Counted from the stretch's first letter, positions 40,435 through 49,152 are shown. The stretch: DNA of 64,000 bases from Candidatus Heimdallarchaeota archaeon (GCA_020353515.1 CP070695.1:1335637-1399636); one strand, 5' to 3'. Translations and numbers: made by a program. Notes: generated by a model not told the origin, from the sequence alone.

Positions 40435-41220
40435 ATGGAAACTGGCTTCCCAAGTGTTGGAGAATTGGTAATTGGTACATGTACCAAGCTTACTCCCCAT
40501 GGTGCTTATTTTGAGATTTTTGATTACGAAAAGCTTGGATTAGAAGCTGGATTCGTACATATCTCAGAATTGAGCCGAACTTGGGTAAGAAATATTCGTA
40601 GTCACATTCGGGAAGGCCAAAGAGCAGTAGCGAAAATTCTTCGTGTTGATACCAGTCGGGGGGAGATAGATATGTCCATTCGTCGCGTATCGGAGCCGCA
40701 GCGAAGAACAAAACTCACTGAATTCAAACAGGAAAATCGAGCAAGAGGATTAGTTTCAGTTGCCTGCGAGAAAGTTGAAGGTTCTCTAGATGGTGTTGAA
40801 GAATCCATCTTAGGAAAATTTGGATCTATCTATGAAGGTTTAATACAAGCAAGAGAAAAAGGAGAGAGTATTCTCATAGAAATTGGAATTCCTGAAGTAG
40901 TTGCTCAAGAAATTTATCAACTTGCAATGAAAGAATTACAACCTCCAACTGTACGATTAACTGGCCTATTAAACATAACATGTTATGAACCTGAAGGTGT
41001 GATTATTTTAAAGAATTTTTTCAAATCTTTTAATAAAAGCTTCAATAAGAAGTATAAAGGTTCAGAACTTAATATAAAAGTCATATCTCCACCAGATTAT
41101 CGGTTTGTAGTCGAAAGTGGGGATTGGAGAACTGCAGAAGGTATTTGGAAGGATGTGCAAAAGGAAGCCGAAAAATTTTTTGCTTCTTATGATGCTGAGT
41201 ATTCATTTGAAAGACAATAA
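40435..41220 (+). CDS. eif2a: Translation initiation factor aIF2 alpha
   Basis: FPSVGELV, GFVHISELS..WVRNIR, IDMSIRRV, PPDYR. Confidence 0.95.
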   Translation: METGFPSVGELVIGTCTKLTPHGAYFEIFDYEKLGLEAGFVHISELSRTWVRNIRSHIREGQRAVAKILRVDTSRGEIDMSIRRVSEPQRRTKLTEFKQENRARGLVSVACEKVEGSLDGVEESILGKFGSIYEGLIQAREKGESILIEIGIPEVVAQEIYQLAMKELQPPTVRLTGLLNITCYEPEGVIILKNFFKSFNKSFNKKYKGSELNIKVISPPDYRFVVESGDWRTAEGIWKDVQKEAEKFFASYDAEYSFERQ

Positions 41221-41237
41221 TACTGTCGGAGATACGA

Positions 41238-41414
41238 ATGCGCCTGTTGAGAAAATGTACATGTAGCTATACTATTGACGAATCAAAGGAAATATGTGAT
41301 AAATGCGGGGAAAGATTTCATAGTGCGTATCCACCAAAATTTTCTCCTTATGATAAATATGCTGATTATAGACGAAAAATGAAAGAACTTGCTAAACAGC
41401 GGGGATCATTTTGA
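41238..41414 (+). CDS. nop10: Nop10 (58 aa), not in ORF track
   Basis: Manual translation MRLLRKCTCSYT...CDKCG...AYPPKFSPYDKYADYRR; canonical position after aIF2-alpha. Confidence 0.92.
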   Translation: MRLLRKCTCSYTIDESKEICDKCGERFHSAYPPKFSPYDKYADYRRKMKELAKQRGSF

Positions 41415-41917
41415 CTGAACAATCATCTGTAATCATCCGAAAATTCGAATTAAAAGATTTAGATCAAGTAATGGAGATTAATAAACAGACATTACCAGAA
41501 AATTATCCAGAAAGTTTTTTTCGGACAATCTATGCAGAATTGCCCTCTGCATTTTTAATTGCAGAATTAAACGGAGAGTTGATTGGCTATACAATGGCTC
41601 GGATTGAGAGAGGATTAAGTCATTATTCTATTTTTCATCGCTCAAAAAAGGGACATACTGTAAGTATCGCAATAAAGCCAGAATATAGAAGAAAAGGGTT
41701 TGCGTCGGAATTATTGAAGAAATCTATGGAAGCCATGATCAAACAAGGCGCAAATGAACTTTATTTAGAAGTTCGGGTCTCAAATACTGCAGCTGTATGT
41801 CTCTATAAATCACTAGGTTATGAAATCTTAAAGGAAATTCGTCATTATTATCGGGACTTTGAATCTGCATATTTAATGGTTCAAAAAGTTCCTAAAACCT
41901 CATTAAATACTTCGTGA
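41411..41917 (+). CDS. N-terminal acetyltransferase Ard1/RimI-like
   Basis: LPENY, GHTVSIAI...YRRKG, LEVRVSN..A..LY, YYRD.E.AYLM. Confidence 0.92.
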   Translation: MTEQSSVIIRKFELKDLDQVMEINKQTLPENYPESFFRTIYAELPSAFLIAELNGELIGYTMARIERGLSHYSIFHRSKKGHTVSIAIKPEYRRKGFASELLKKSMEAMIKQGANELYLEVRVSNTAAVCLYKSLGYEILKEIRHYYRDFESAYLMVQKVPKTSLNTS

Positions 41918-41930
41918 GATTTTTATCTTT

Positions 41931-42262
41931 TAGAGATGGGTTATTATAGAATAATAGCCTACCTCGTTAGGGTGAGGTATAGTAGAGCCAAAAAAATAAT
42001 CTATCTCCTTCAGTTAAGAAGTAATCTTAGGAATAGTGAAGATTAAGCGCGGGGTAAACCAACTAATCGTAAAGAAGATTCTACTCTCTATAACAACATC
42101 AGTGCCAAGGATTTCACAGTCAGAAAACCTTGAATAGCCAAGTTACATGTCAGAAAACGCCCTAACATAAAGCTTTAAAAAGATTGAAAACGTGACTAAT
42201 GCAAATACAAGTGGAATATCTGATTCAGAGTGCCTGTTATGGTTGAGCTGAAAGCTCCTTTT
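41931..42262 (+). ncRNA. Candidate large structured, pseudoknotted non-coding RNA (unclassified)
   Basis: No long ORF; nine or more complementary segments with G-U pairs favouring + strand, two of them pseudoknots; ends in hairpin plus T-run. Confidence 0.5.
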
Positions 42263-42300
42263 TGAAATCAGCAATATATCAAAATATGGTGATTTAATTC

Positions 42301-43287
42301 ATGAAAGAAAACTTTATTAAAGCTAGTAACGCCCTTACACGATTAAATACTAGCGTATCAACCAATGCTCGAAGTGCTGCTGATATTACGATTAAAATTT
42401 ATACAAGATTCGAAGAAATCCGATATGTAAGTGAAACCATACCTGATTTTATTCTTCATCCTGACCAATCAATGTCCAATCTCAAATCGAGCGGTGAAAT
42501 TAGGGTTGCACAGCTACTTGCATCCATTCTCTGTGAACGAATAGCAGAGCAATCAATACGATTAGCAGAGGATCTTGATTTTGGTGAAGAGGGCCTAGAC
42601 ATTCGTGAAGAGATTCGTGAAATTAGAGAACAAATAACCAGATTGAATGAAGTTATCCAAGTTCAGAAGAAATTAGCTGATGGAGCTCCTGTTTCAACAG
42701 AAAACATTAAGAACTTGCAGAAAAAGTACGACGTACGAATTAAACAACTAGAACAAGAATTACTTAGAAAAGAAGGTCGTGCGTTGACTGTAACAGCTTT
42801 AGATGCTACAAAGAAACCCAAACTATTTGGAAAGGGAAAATTTGAGCAAACACTTGATGATTTAATTCTTGAATATGGAAAAAATCTTCGTGCAAGTTCT
42901 GGTGGTTATATTTCACTCGCAAACCTCTATACAGCATTAAAAAATCAAGTTCCTGATGTAAAATTTTCTACAAAAGACCTCGAAAAATCCTGTAAACGGT
43001 TAAAAAAACAGGCACTTATAGAAGGAGTCTCGAAAAGAGCAGGAGTAAAAATCATAGAATTTGTCCCTGTTGCTCTAGGGAGTGACGCGAGAAAAGTTTT
43101 CGATTTAGCAGTTAATAAGGGATATGTAACCTTGGAGGATGTTATATTGGGAACAAAATGGGATCAACAGCGTGTTGTTAGAGTTCTTGAGAGTCTAGTT
43201 GAGCAAAAAATAGCACGAAAAGTCTCGTCTCTTGATACAGGGGATCAATATTATTTTCCTGGATTATATGGAGATAATGATTGGTAG
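42301..43287 (+). CDS. ESCRT-II EAP30 (Vps22/Vps36)-like protein with N-terminal coiled coil
   Basis: Tandem winged helices GGYISLANLY...STKDLEKSCKRL and GYVTLEDV...WDQQRVVRVLESLV, ending YYFPGL. Confidence 0.8.
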   Translation: MKENFIKASNALTRLNTSVSTNARSAADITIKIYTRFEEIRYVSETIPDFILHPDQSMSNLKSSGEIRVAQLLASILCERIAEQSIRLAEDLDFGEEGLDIREEIREIREQITRLNEVIQVQKKLADGAPVSTENIKNLQKKYDVRIKQLEQELLRKEGRALTVTALDATKKPKLFGKGKFEQTLDDLILEYGKNLRASSGGYISLANLYTALKNQVPDVKFSTKDLEKSCKRLKKQALIEGVSKRAGVKIIEFVPVALGSDARKVFDLAVNKGYVTLEDVILGTKWDQQRVVRVLESLVEQKIARKVSSLDTGDQYYFPGLYGDNDW

Positions 43288-43297
43288 GTGAAAACTG

Positions 43298-44188
43298 ATG
43301 GCAGAAGTAGAGAAGTATGGTGGACTATTCCGCAGAATAGGCGATGCAGTGCATATTGGCACAAAAAAATTTAAAGGAAAAGCAATCTTGAGTTCAGATT
43401 TTGGATCAGAAATAGAAAGTTCTTTGATAAGTCGAATAAAATCAGAAGATTATGACAGTTTTAGGAAACATGATGGATTTATTGTGAAAGATCCGGAGAA
43501 CGCAATATTATTACAGTCAGGATCACTAGTGGGGGTTGCAGGAAGTGGCATCTATCAACTCGAGAAGAGTGCTAAACGACCTGGAAGCGAAATTATCTGG
43601 GTAACAAAGCGTGAGTTCATCGTCAAATGGGGATCACCTGGGGTATATACTTCTGATAATATTATAATAGGCTGTTATGGAATATCTCGTATGAGAGTTG
43701 TTAATCCCCGTAATTTTATTATGAATGTAGTTTCACATAAACAGTATTATTCAGGGAACGAACTAAAAAATTGGGTTAAACAAACAATTATTGCTGCAGT
43801 AAAACATGTTATGTCTCGCTATACCGTACCCGAATTACTTAAGGAACGTCGAAGCTTAGAAATCCAAACCAGATCAGAACTTGGACCTGAAACCTCTCGA
43901 TGGGGGCTAGAACTAGTTGGATTGGACATTGGGGGTTTTAAAGTTCCTGATGAATATCAGGCTCTATTATCTTATGAAATCGAAAAGCAAGTTCTGGAAC
44001 AACAACAGGAGTTAGCAGAGCAAAGAAAAGAGCTTGATGTTGTTGCGGAGAAAGTGAAGAAATACGAACAAATGCTTGAACAAGCAGATGAAATGTTTCT
44101 AAATGGGAAAATATCAGAGGAAAAGTATAAAGAACTAACAGATAAATACTCCAAGAAATTAGCTCAAATCAAAGCTCAAATGCAATAA
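43298..44188 (+). CDS. SPFH/band-7 domain protein with C-terminal coiled coil and short helical domain
   Basis: GIYQL, VKWG, YG...RVVNPRNF, WGLELVGLDI...VP.EY; tail FLNGKISEEKYKEL. Confidence 0.8.
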   Translation: MAEVEKYGGLFRRIGDAVHIGTKKFKGKAILSSDFGSEIESSLISRIKSEDYDSFRKHDGFIVKDPENAILLQSGSLVGVAGSGIYQLEKSAKRPGSEIIWVTKREFIVKWGSPGVYTSDNIIIGCYGISRMRVVNPRNFIMNVVSHKQYYSGNELKNWVKQTIIAAVKHVMSRYTVPELLKERRSLEIQTRSELGPETSRWGLELVGLDIGGFKVPDEYQALLSYEIEKQVLEQQQELAEQRKELDVVAEKVKKYEQMLEQADEMFLNGKISEEKYKELTDKYSKKLAQIKAQMQ

Positions 44189-44212
44189 TTTCAGAAACGA
44201 GTTAAATCTTTT

Positions 44213-45970
44213 TTATTGATGTTCTTCCAGATCTCCACCACATTCGGGGCAGAATACCATACCTACAGAGATCATTTCTTTGAAACAGTCTACACAGACG
44301 TTTACATCACATGATGGACACAAATATTTTGTTGTTTCTTCATGTGTGACTTCGCAGACACCACAGAGAAATTCTTCTTTCTGTTTAGCTATATGTAAAG
44401 TCATTTTTTGAATATTAATCCAGCCCTGAATCTTTCCATGAAGGATATGATTCTCCAATAAGGCTACAGTCTCTCTATCAGACCGATTTAATTTTTGAAT
44501 GATTTCTTGTAAGGGAATTTCTGCTTTAGGGGTCTGTTCAAGGTATTCAAGGAGAGTAGAGTCCAAATCAGGTTTTTTTGAATTGAAAATCTCGTATTCA
44601 GTCCATCCTAGTTTCAATGGACCTTTTTTACAGAAATGACACTCTTCTGTATCAAGTAAATTAAACGAATGAGTATAATTAACCATACAGTCAGGACAAT
44701 GCCTCGGGAGGTCAATAATAAAGGCAGAAATGTTTCCACAAAAAGGACATACATGTGTACTTCCTGTAGAACGGCAATTTGAGCACATAATTCGTCTACA
44801 GTTTTGACATTCGAAATAAAGATTAGGATCTGTATAAGAAGAAGTATCTACCTGACAAAAAATGTCAAAATGTTTCATTCCTTTAACTAAAAAAGGATCA
44901 GCAGTTTCTCCAGCTGTAAGTCGAAGTCCAAAAAGTCTTCCCAACTTGTGAAGACGATTTAAGAGCTTCAATGGGTCTAGATTCAGTGATGAAGCGAGGT
45001 TCTCAACCGCAATTCCTGTTTCAAACCAGTCTTTTAATGAGGGAGCTTGGAACTCCACTTCATTCAAAGTTCCCTTTAAGCTTCGATTTAAAAGCTGTAG
45101 TATATTTAAAAACTCAATCCTGTCTACATCAAGTCGATGAAGCCAGAATTCAATAGGAATATCTCGAAAGACGAATATATCTTTCAATACTTGGCTTATT
45201 ATGTCCATAGTGGGATATAAGTACTCATAATTGGCAGAAAAAATAATTTTCAGGTCTTCACGATTATTTTCTAGTAACTGAAGACAATTTTCTTTTGTTA
45301 GTCGTGTTAATTTGCTAATGTGCTTAAGTGAAACTTCTGATTCCAACAGAAAACTTGTATCTATATAGCGATTAAGTCTTTTGATATTTCTTTGTAAACC
45401 TGATGAAGAAGAGAAGTCTAAACTTGTAAAGTTGTGCAATCGCTGAGTTATGGGATCTATGTATCCAACAAAATGACCATCTTGGGCTAGAACCTCTAAG
45501 ATACCTTCAAAGTGATCCTCGGTCCAATACAATTTGTTTAAGAGAAATTTTAAGTTTAATGAGGTGACTGTACTTAGAATCTGTTTTAATTCAGCTTTGG
45601 CTCCTTGGAGTGTGTAGAATTTACGATGAATCTGATCAAAAAAACCATCAGTATTTTGAACATTGACTTTGATCAGGGTTTCTAGTAACTCACCAGGTAA
45701 GTTTGTTCTATCAATGACATCACAGATGTCTACATAACCCTTTGCTAATTTACGAGTAATATATTGCTGAATAAATATTAGAGGAATGAATTCCTTGTCA
45801 TCAAAACTAACAAAGCCATTTAATTCCTTTGAACCGATTTTTTTTCGCAGGAATGAAGCAACTTCACTTGGATTTTCTTTTGGAGCCATTTCACGCAATT
45901 TAATAGGAGTTTGTGCCATTTGAGCTTCTGTTAACCATTTTTGTCTCTTTCTCCCAAACATTAGTCTCAC
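44213..45970 (-). CDS. Winged-helix/PCI-repeat protein with RING-like Zn fingers (E3 ligase candidate)
   Basis: Repeated WH-like units; CxxC clusters at ~370-450; PCI-like HGKIQGWIN; terminal CGVC-CPSC-CVDC-CPEC. Confidence 0.7.
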   Translation of the reverse strand: MRLMFGRKRQKWLTEAQMAQTPIKLREMAPKENPSEVASFLRKKIGSKELNGFVSFDDKEFIPLIFIQQYITRKLAKGYVDICDVIDRTNLPGELLETLIKVNVQNTDGFFDQIHRKFYTLQGAKAELKQILSTVTSLNLKFLLNKLYWTEDHFEGILEVLAQDGHFVGYIDPITQRLHNFTSLDFSSSSGLQRNIKRLNRYIDTSFLLESEVSLKHISKLTRLTKENCLQLLENNREDLKIIFSANYEYLYPTMDIISQVLKDIFVFRDIPIEFWLHRLDVDRIEFLNILQLLNRSLKGTLNEVEFQAPSLKDWFETGIAVENLASSLNLDPLKLLNRLHKLGRLFGLRLTAGETADPFLVKGMKHFDIFCQVDTSSYTDPNLYFECQNCRRIMCSNCRSTGSTHVCPFCGNISAFIIDLPRHCPDCMVNYTHSFNLLDTEECHFCKKGPLKLGWTEYEIFNSKKPDLDSTLLEYLEQTPKAEIPLQEIIQKLNRSDRETVALLENHILHGKIQGWINIQKMTLHIAKQKEEFLCGVCEVTHEETTKYLCPSCDVNVCVDCFKEMISVGMVFCPECGGDLEEHQ

Positions 45971-46105
45971 TCAAATCTCTTGCTGGAAGAATACAATAGC
46001 AAGGAATATTAGTCCTCTTATTGAAAATTAGAAATATATTTTTATAAAATCTTTACTCTCTTACAGGATAGAAAAAAAGTGAGAATAACTTAAGGAATCA
46101 TTACA

Positions 46106-46420
46106 TTGGCTCTGAATAAGATTAAGTGTTCAAACTGCGGATATATTCCACGAGATCTCCCCGTTTCTGGGAGTTGGTATTGCCCTAAGTGTGGAAAACG
46201 CACGGTTATTCCCCAACACCGTCCACGACCTACTCGGAAATATTACAAAAAACCTACAACCACTCCCAAATCACGAGACCGAATAAGCACAAGCCTTTAT
46301 GATAAATTGACTTATGATAAACCCACAGATCATGGTTTCAAAGAACCTTATATTAACCCGAAAATCAATCCAATAATCCCGAAAAGGAGAGACAAAATCC
46401 GACTGTTCTTCAAAAAGTAA
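46106..46420 (+). CDS. Small Zn-ribbon protein with basic tail
   Basis: CSNCG ... WYCPKCG. Confidence 0.6.
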   Translation: MALNKIKCSNCGYIPRDLPVSGSWYCPKCGKRTVIPQHRPRPTRKYYKKPTTTPKSRDRISTSLYDKLTYDKPTDHGFKEPYINPKINPIIPKRRDKIRLFFKK

Positions 46421-46434
46421 TTTGTTTTCTTCTT

Positions 46435-47661
46435 TCAATCTCGAAATTTTATTTCTAGCCTGATTTCCTCATCATCAGCTATAGAACTTAGAGTGATCCT
46501 ATCACCATCAGAAATGATCTTTTGGACAGATTCATCTTCAGGTAGAAGGAAATTTCCTCGGAACCCAATATATTCTTTTTTATATTCTTGGCGAATGATA
46601 TCAATAACAGATTTAAAAAGTAACTCACGATCTACAGTTATAGTTCGTTCAACGTGCTTTACGGTATTGGATTGACCACATACCAAGCAATTTGGATCAG
46701 GAACCAGATCAAACGTATTTAAAGTTCCTGTTAAAGCTGAATAAACTGTAAAATGCGGGATACGAAATCTATGAGCTTCAATTAAATTATTCAGTGTGAC
46801 TGTTTCTTTGAGGAATTCTTTTTTCTCTAAAAAGAGAGCTTTCACGATTTCTTGTGATTGTATACCACTTGTCACCGCATTGACAGTGATTAAACTAGGT
46901 ACATGAAAAAGAATCAATTGTAAAAGCTCTTTCTTTTTAAAATCTCCAAAATTATGTTTTTTGGCACAAGTATTGGCTAATTTTGTGAGCTCAACAATAT
47001 CTTCAGGTGAGGTTTCGACAGGCTCCCTTTCATACTTTGCGTTAAATTCATAAAGAGCTTTCCAAGCACAGTGTTCTCTCACACGAGGAACTCCTACTAA
47101 AGTACAAGGAGCTGTTAAAACTCGAGTCTCATCTGGTGGTGGAGGTGTTTCGCATGCTAAACATGCTGTTTTGCTTGTTTTTATGTATTGGATTTGACCA
47201 AAATACCCATCAGTTGCTGAATCAATCAATGGAATCTTCAATTCTATTGCCATTGCGTTGAGATATTGTCGTGCCAGAAAGTTATCGACACAGCCAGCAA
47301 TTATGTCTACTTCTTGGAAAATTTTCTGGGGAATATTTTGTAATTTATCTGCGTATTCTTTAATCATGATGTCAGGATTAAATTGTTCTTTTATCCTTTT
47401 TTTGGCAATTTTTGCCTTTTTCTGACCAACATCTTCCTCCCTGAATAACATCTGCCGATTTAAATTTGAAAATTCAACAGTGTCATCATCGACTAGAATC
47501 AGACTACCAATACCTAAAAGAGCTAGATTTTTGGCTAGTTCACTGCCTGTTCCTCCCACGCCTGCAATTAAAATTGTACTTTTTTCAATGATATGTTGAT
47601 CCCAAAGAGCTAGTCGTTCCTGCCGATCATATTTAGAAGAAGAAGGAAGATCTCGTGTCAT
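46435..47661 (-). CDS. Ubiquitin-like activating enzyme E1 (eukaryote-like, UBA3/UBA2-type architecture)
   Basis: YDRQ, GVGGTG, DDDTVEFSNLNRQ, CVDN, CLAC, catalytic PCT...PR..EHC, CLVC, probable C-terminal ubiquitin-fold domain. Confidence 0.92.
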   Translation of the reverse strand: MTRDLPSSSKYDRQERLALWDQHIIEKSTILIAGVGGTGSELAKNLALLGIGSLILVDDDTVEFSNLNRQMLFREEDVGQKKAKIAKKRIKEQFNPDIMIKEYADKLQNIPQKIFQEVDIIAGCVDNFLARQYLNAMAIELKIPLIDSATDGYFGQIQYIKTSKTACLACETPPPPDETRVLTAPCTLVGVPRVREHCAWKALYEFNAKYEREPVETSPEDIVELTKLANTCAKKHNFGDFKKKELLQLILFHVPSLITVNAVTSGIQSQEIVKALFLEKKEFLKETVTLNNLIEAHRFRIPHFTVYSALTGTLNTFDLVPDPNCLVCGQSNTVKHVERTITVDRELLFKSVIDIIRQEYKKEYIGFRGNFLLPEDESVQKIISDGDRITLSSIADDEEIRLEIKFRD

Positions 47662-47699
47662 AGCATGAAATTTTCCTTTGAAATTAATGGGGGAGGGTA

Positions 47700-48020
47700 T
47701 TATCCTCCTTTAATTTGATCTGGAACTATCATAAGAATTGCATTTTGTTCTATTCCATAGGAAGCGAGGTTATTTGAAGGATTCATTCTTCTTCCTTTGA
47801 ATAATAAAGCGATTGGGACAACCTCTGGGATATTAAAGGCATCACGAGCCGCTGTGATAGCCTGGAAAACAGTTCCATTAATATTAATATATTTCTCCCG
47901 AATATTCTGATCTGGAGGAAGCTGTGGATCTTTAAAACGAACCTTAATCATTTTCTCAATGCCATCGTCAGGACCTTTACCTGTAGAACTAGAATCCCAA
48001 ACAACATCCTTTTTACTCAT
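47700..48020 (-). CDS. Ubiquitin-like modifier ending in GG, UFM1-like sequence features
   Basis: Beta-grasp pattern (LLFKGRRM..., LASYGI), terminal GG, directly upstream of E1. Confidence 0.88.
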   Translation of the reverse strand: MSKKDVVWDSSSTGKGPDDGIEKMIKVRFKDPQLPPDQNIREKYININGTVFQAITAARDAFNIPEVVPIALLFKGRRMNPSNNLASYGIEQNAILMIVPDQIKGG

Positions 48021-48040
48021 TTTTTCACCTTCTGTTTGAC

Positions 48041-48829
48041 TTAAGTATAAAACTTTCGTTCAATTTCTGAGAGTGTAGTAAGAATATCAATTCTTCCTTT
48101 AGCATAATCTTCTAAAGATCCTCGAATAAGCGGATATTTTGTAAGAATTTCATTTTCAAGACCTATGGGGAGATTCTTCTTTCTTTTAATAGTAAAGATT
48201 ATTACTTCGCCATCTTGGGCATAAAACCTTACAGTAATCTCTTTCTTCGACGCTGATGCGTCATAATTAGAAAGAATTTGACGTATGAGAGGATCACGTT
48301 CTTCTTGAGTAGCAGGAACCTCTGCTATGGAAACGGGCTCTCCCATAACTTGGGGCATTCTTTCAGCAGTTTTTTGATGAATCTCTTCTAAAACATCTAA
48401 AATTGTACTAGAACCAGGTGACCAGTTTCTCATATTATCTAAATCATTGATTTCACAATCTAAAACTTCTCGGAGCTTAGCAGGGCCATCAATATAGGGT
48501 CGGTCAGGTAAATCATCTAACACAATTAAAAGAGGGAATGCATATTCATTGACTTGCATCTTGATTCGTATTTTCCCTACTTCATCCCCAATAAATTCCC
48601 CTGGAAAGTTTTCAAGTAATTTTTGTGATTCTTGATAGATGAGATAGTAACTCTCCGCTTCTTCCGCTTCATCCAGTGCTTTAGCTTCTGTTGGTGTAAT
48701 AGCTGTTCGTTTTAAGTAATTTGAAAGATCACAGTATTCACACTTTACAGGATGTTGGAATGTTGGGCGTACTTGAAGTGGAGCTCCACAACCGCTACAT
48801 TGGGAAACATCGGTTTGGGTATCAGCCAT
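48041..48829 (-). CDS. Zn-ribbon plus probable catalytically inactive UBC/RWD-like domain protein
   Basis: CSGCG...CEYC; LIVLDDLPDRPYI and NWSPGSSTILDVLEEI resemble the UBC-fold YP..PP and W.P...I..VL..I elements; first gene of Ubl-E1 operon. Confidence 0.55.
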   Translation of the reverse strand: MADTQTDVSQCSGCGAPLQVRPTFQHPVKCEYCDLSNYLKRTAITPTEAKALDEAEEAESYYLIYQESQKLLENFPGEFIGDEVGKIRIKMQVNEYAFPLLIVLDDLPDRPYIDGPAKLREVLDCEINDLDNMRNWSPGSSTILDVLEEIHQKTAERMPQVMGEPVSIAEVPATQEERDPLIRQILSNYDASASKKEITVRFYAQDGEVIIFTIKRKKNLPIGLENEILTKYPLIRGSLEDYAKGRIDILTTLSEIERKFYT

Positions 48830-48860
48830 TTTTTTTCGATCACCCTTATTAGAAGAATAT

Positions 48861-49152
48861 GTGTGCAGGATAAGTCAGTCTCTTGACCTTAAAAAGGTAA
48901 CGATTCGTCGCCCACAATATCCCTTAAGTGGGTTCTACTGGGCGAGAGGAGGGTTCCAGAAAATATTCGTAACAATCTGGACAATGTTACACCTTCTAAT
49001 CCATTTTCTTCCGTCGCTCTCGCTCTCATTGGTGATTAGGAGCCTCTCTGATTGATAGATGGTGGCCCCGTTGTCAACAAAAAGGCGCTTCCATTACTTA
49101 AAGCAAAGGATTTCGACAAGTGCAAAGAGTTGAGAGTTCATCAGACATTGCA
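48861..49152. ncRNA. Candidate structured RNA between divergent Ubl-E1 and E2-JAMM operons
   Basis: ~44% GC by hand count, clearly above the AT-rich flank; ends pair with each other; several internal stems. Confidence 0.4.

Noticed and set aside
41966-42166. GTTAGGG / CCCTAAC resemble the vertebrate telomere repeat and telomerase template
   Set aside because: Single 7-mers with no tandem array and no reverse transcriptase nearby; better explained as a base-pairing element
48861-49055. 64-aa + strand ORF in the track
   Set aside because: No recognisable motif or SD; overlaps the structured GC-rich segment
49110-49150. Minus-strand CTGATGA...GAAA looks like a hammerhead ribozyme core
   Set aside because: Stem II would close with an A-C mismatch, and stems I/III could not be built
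48861-49152. RNase P or SRP RNA identity for the structured intergenic segments (also 41931-42262)
   Set aside because: No GAGGAAAGUCC/P4 pairing and no SRP helix-8 motif found on either strand
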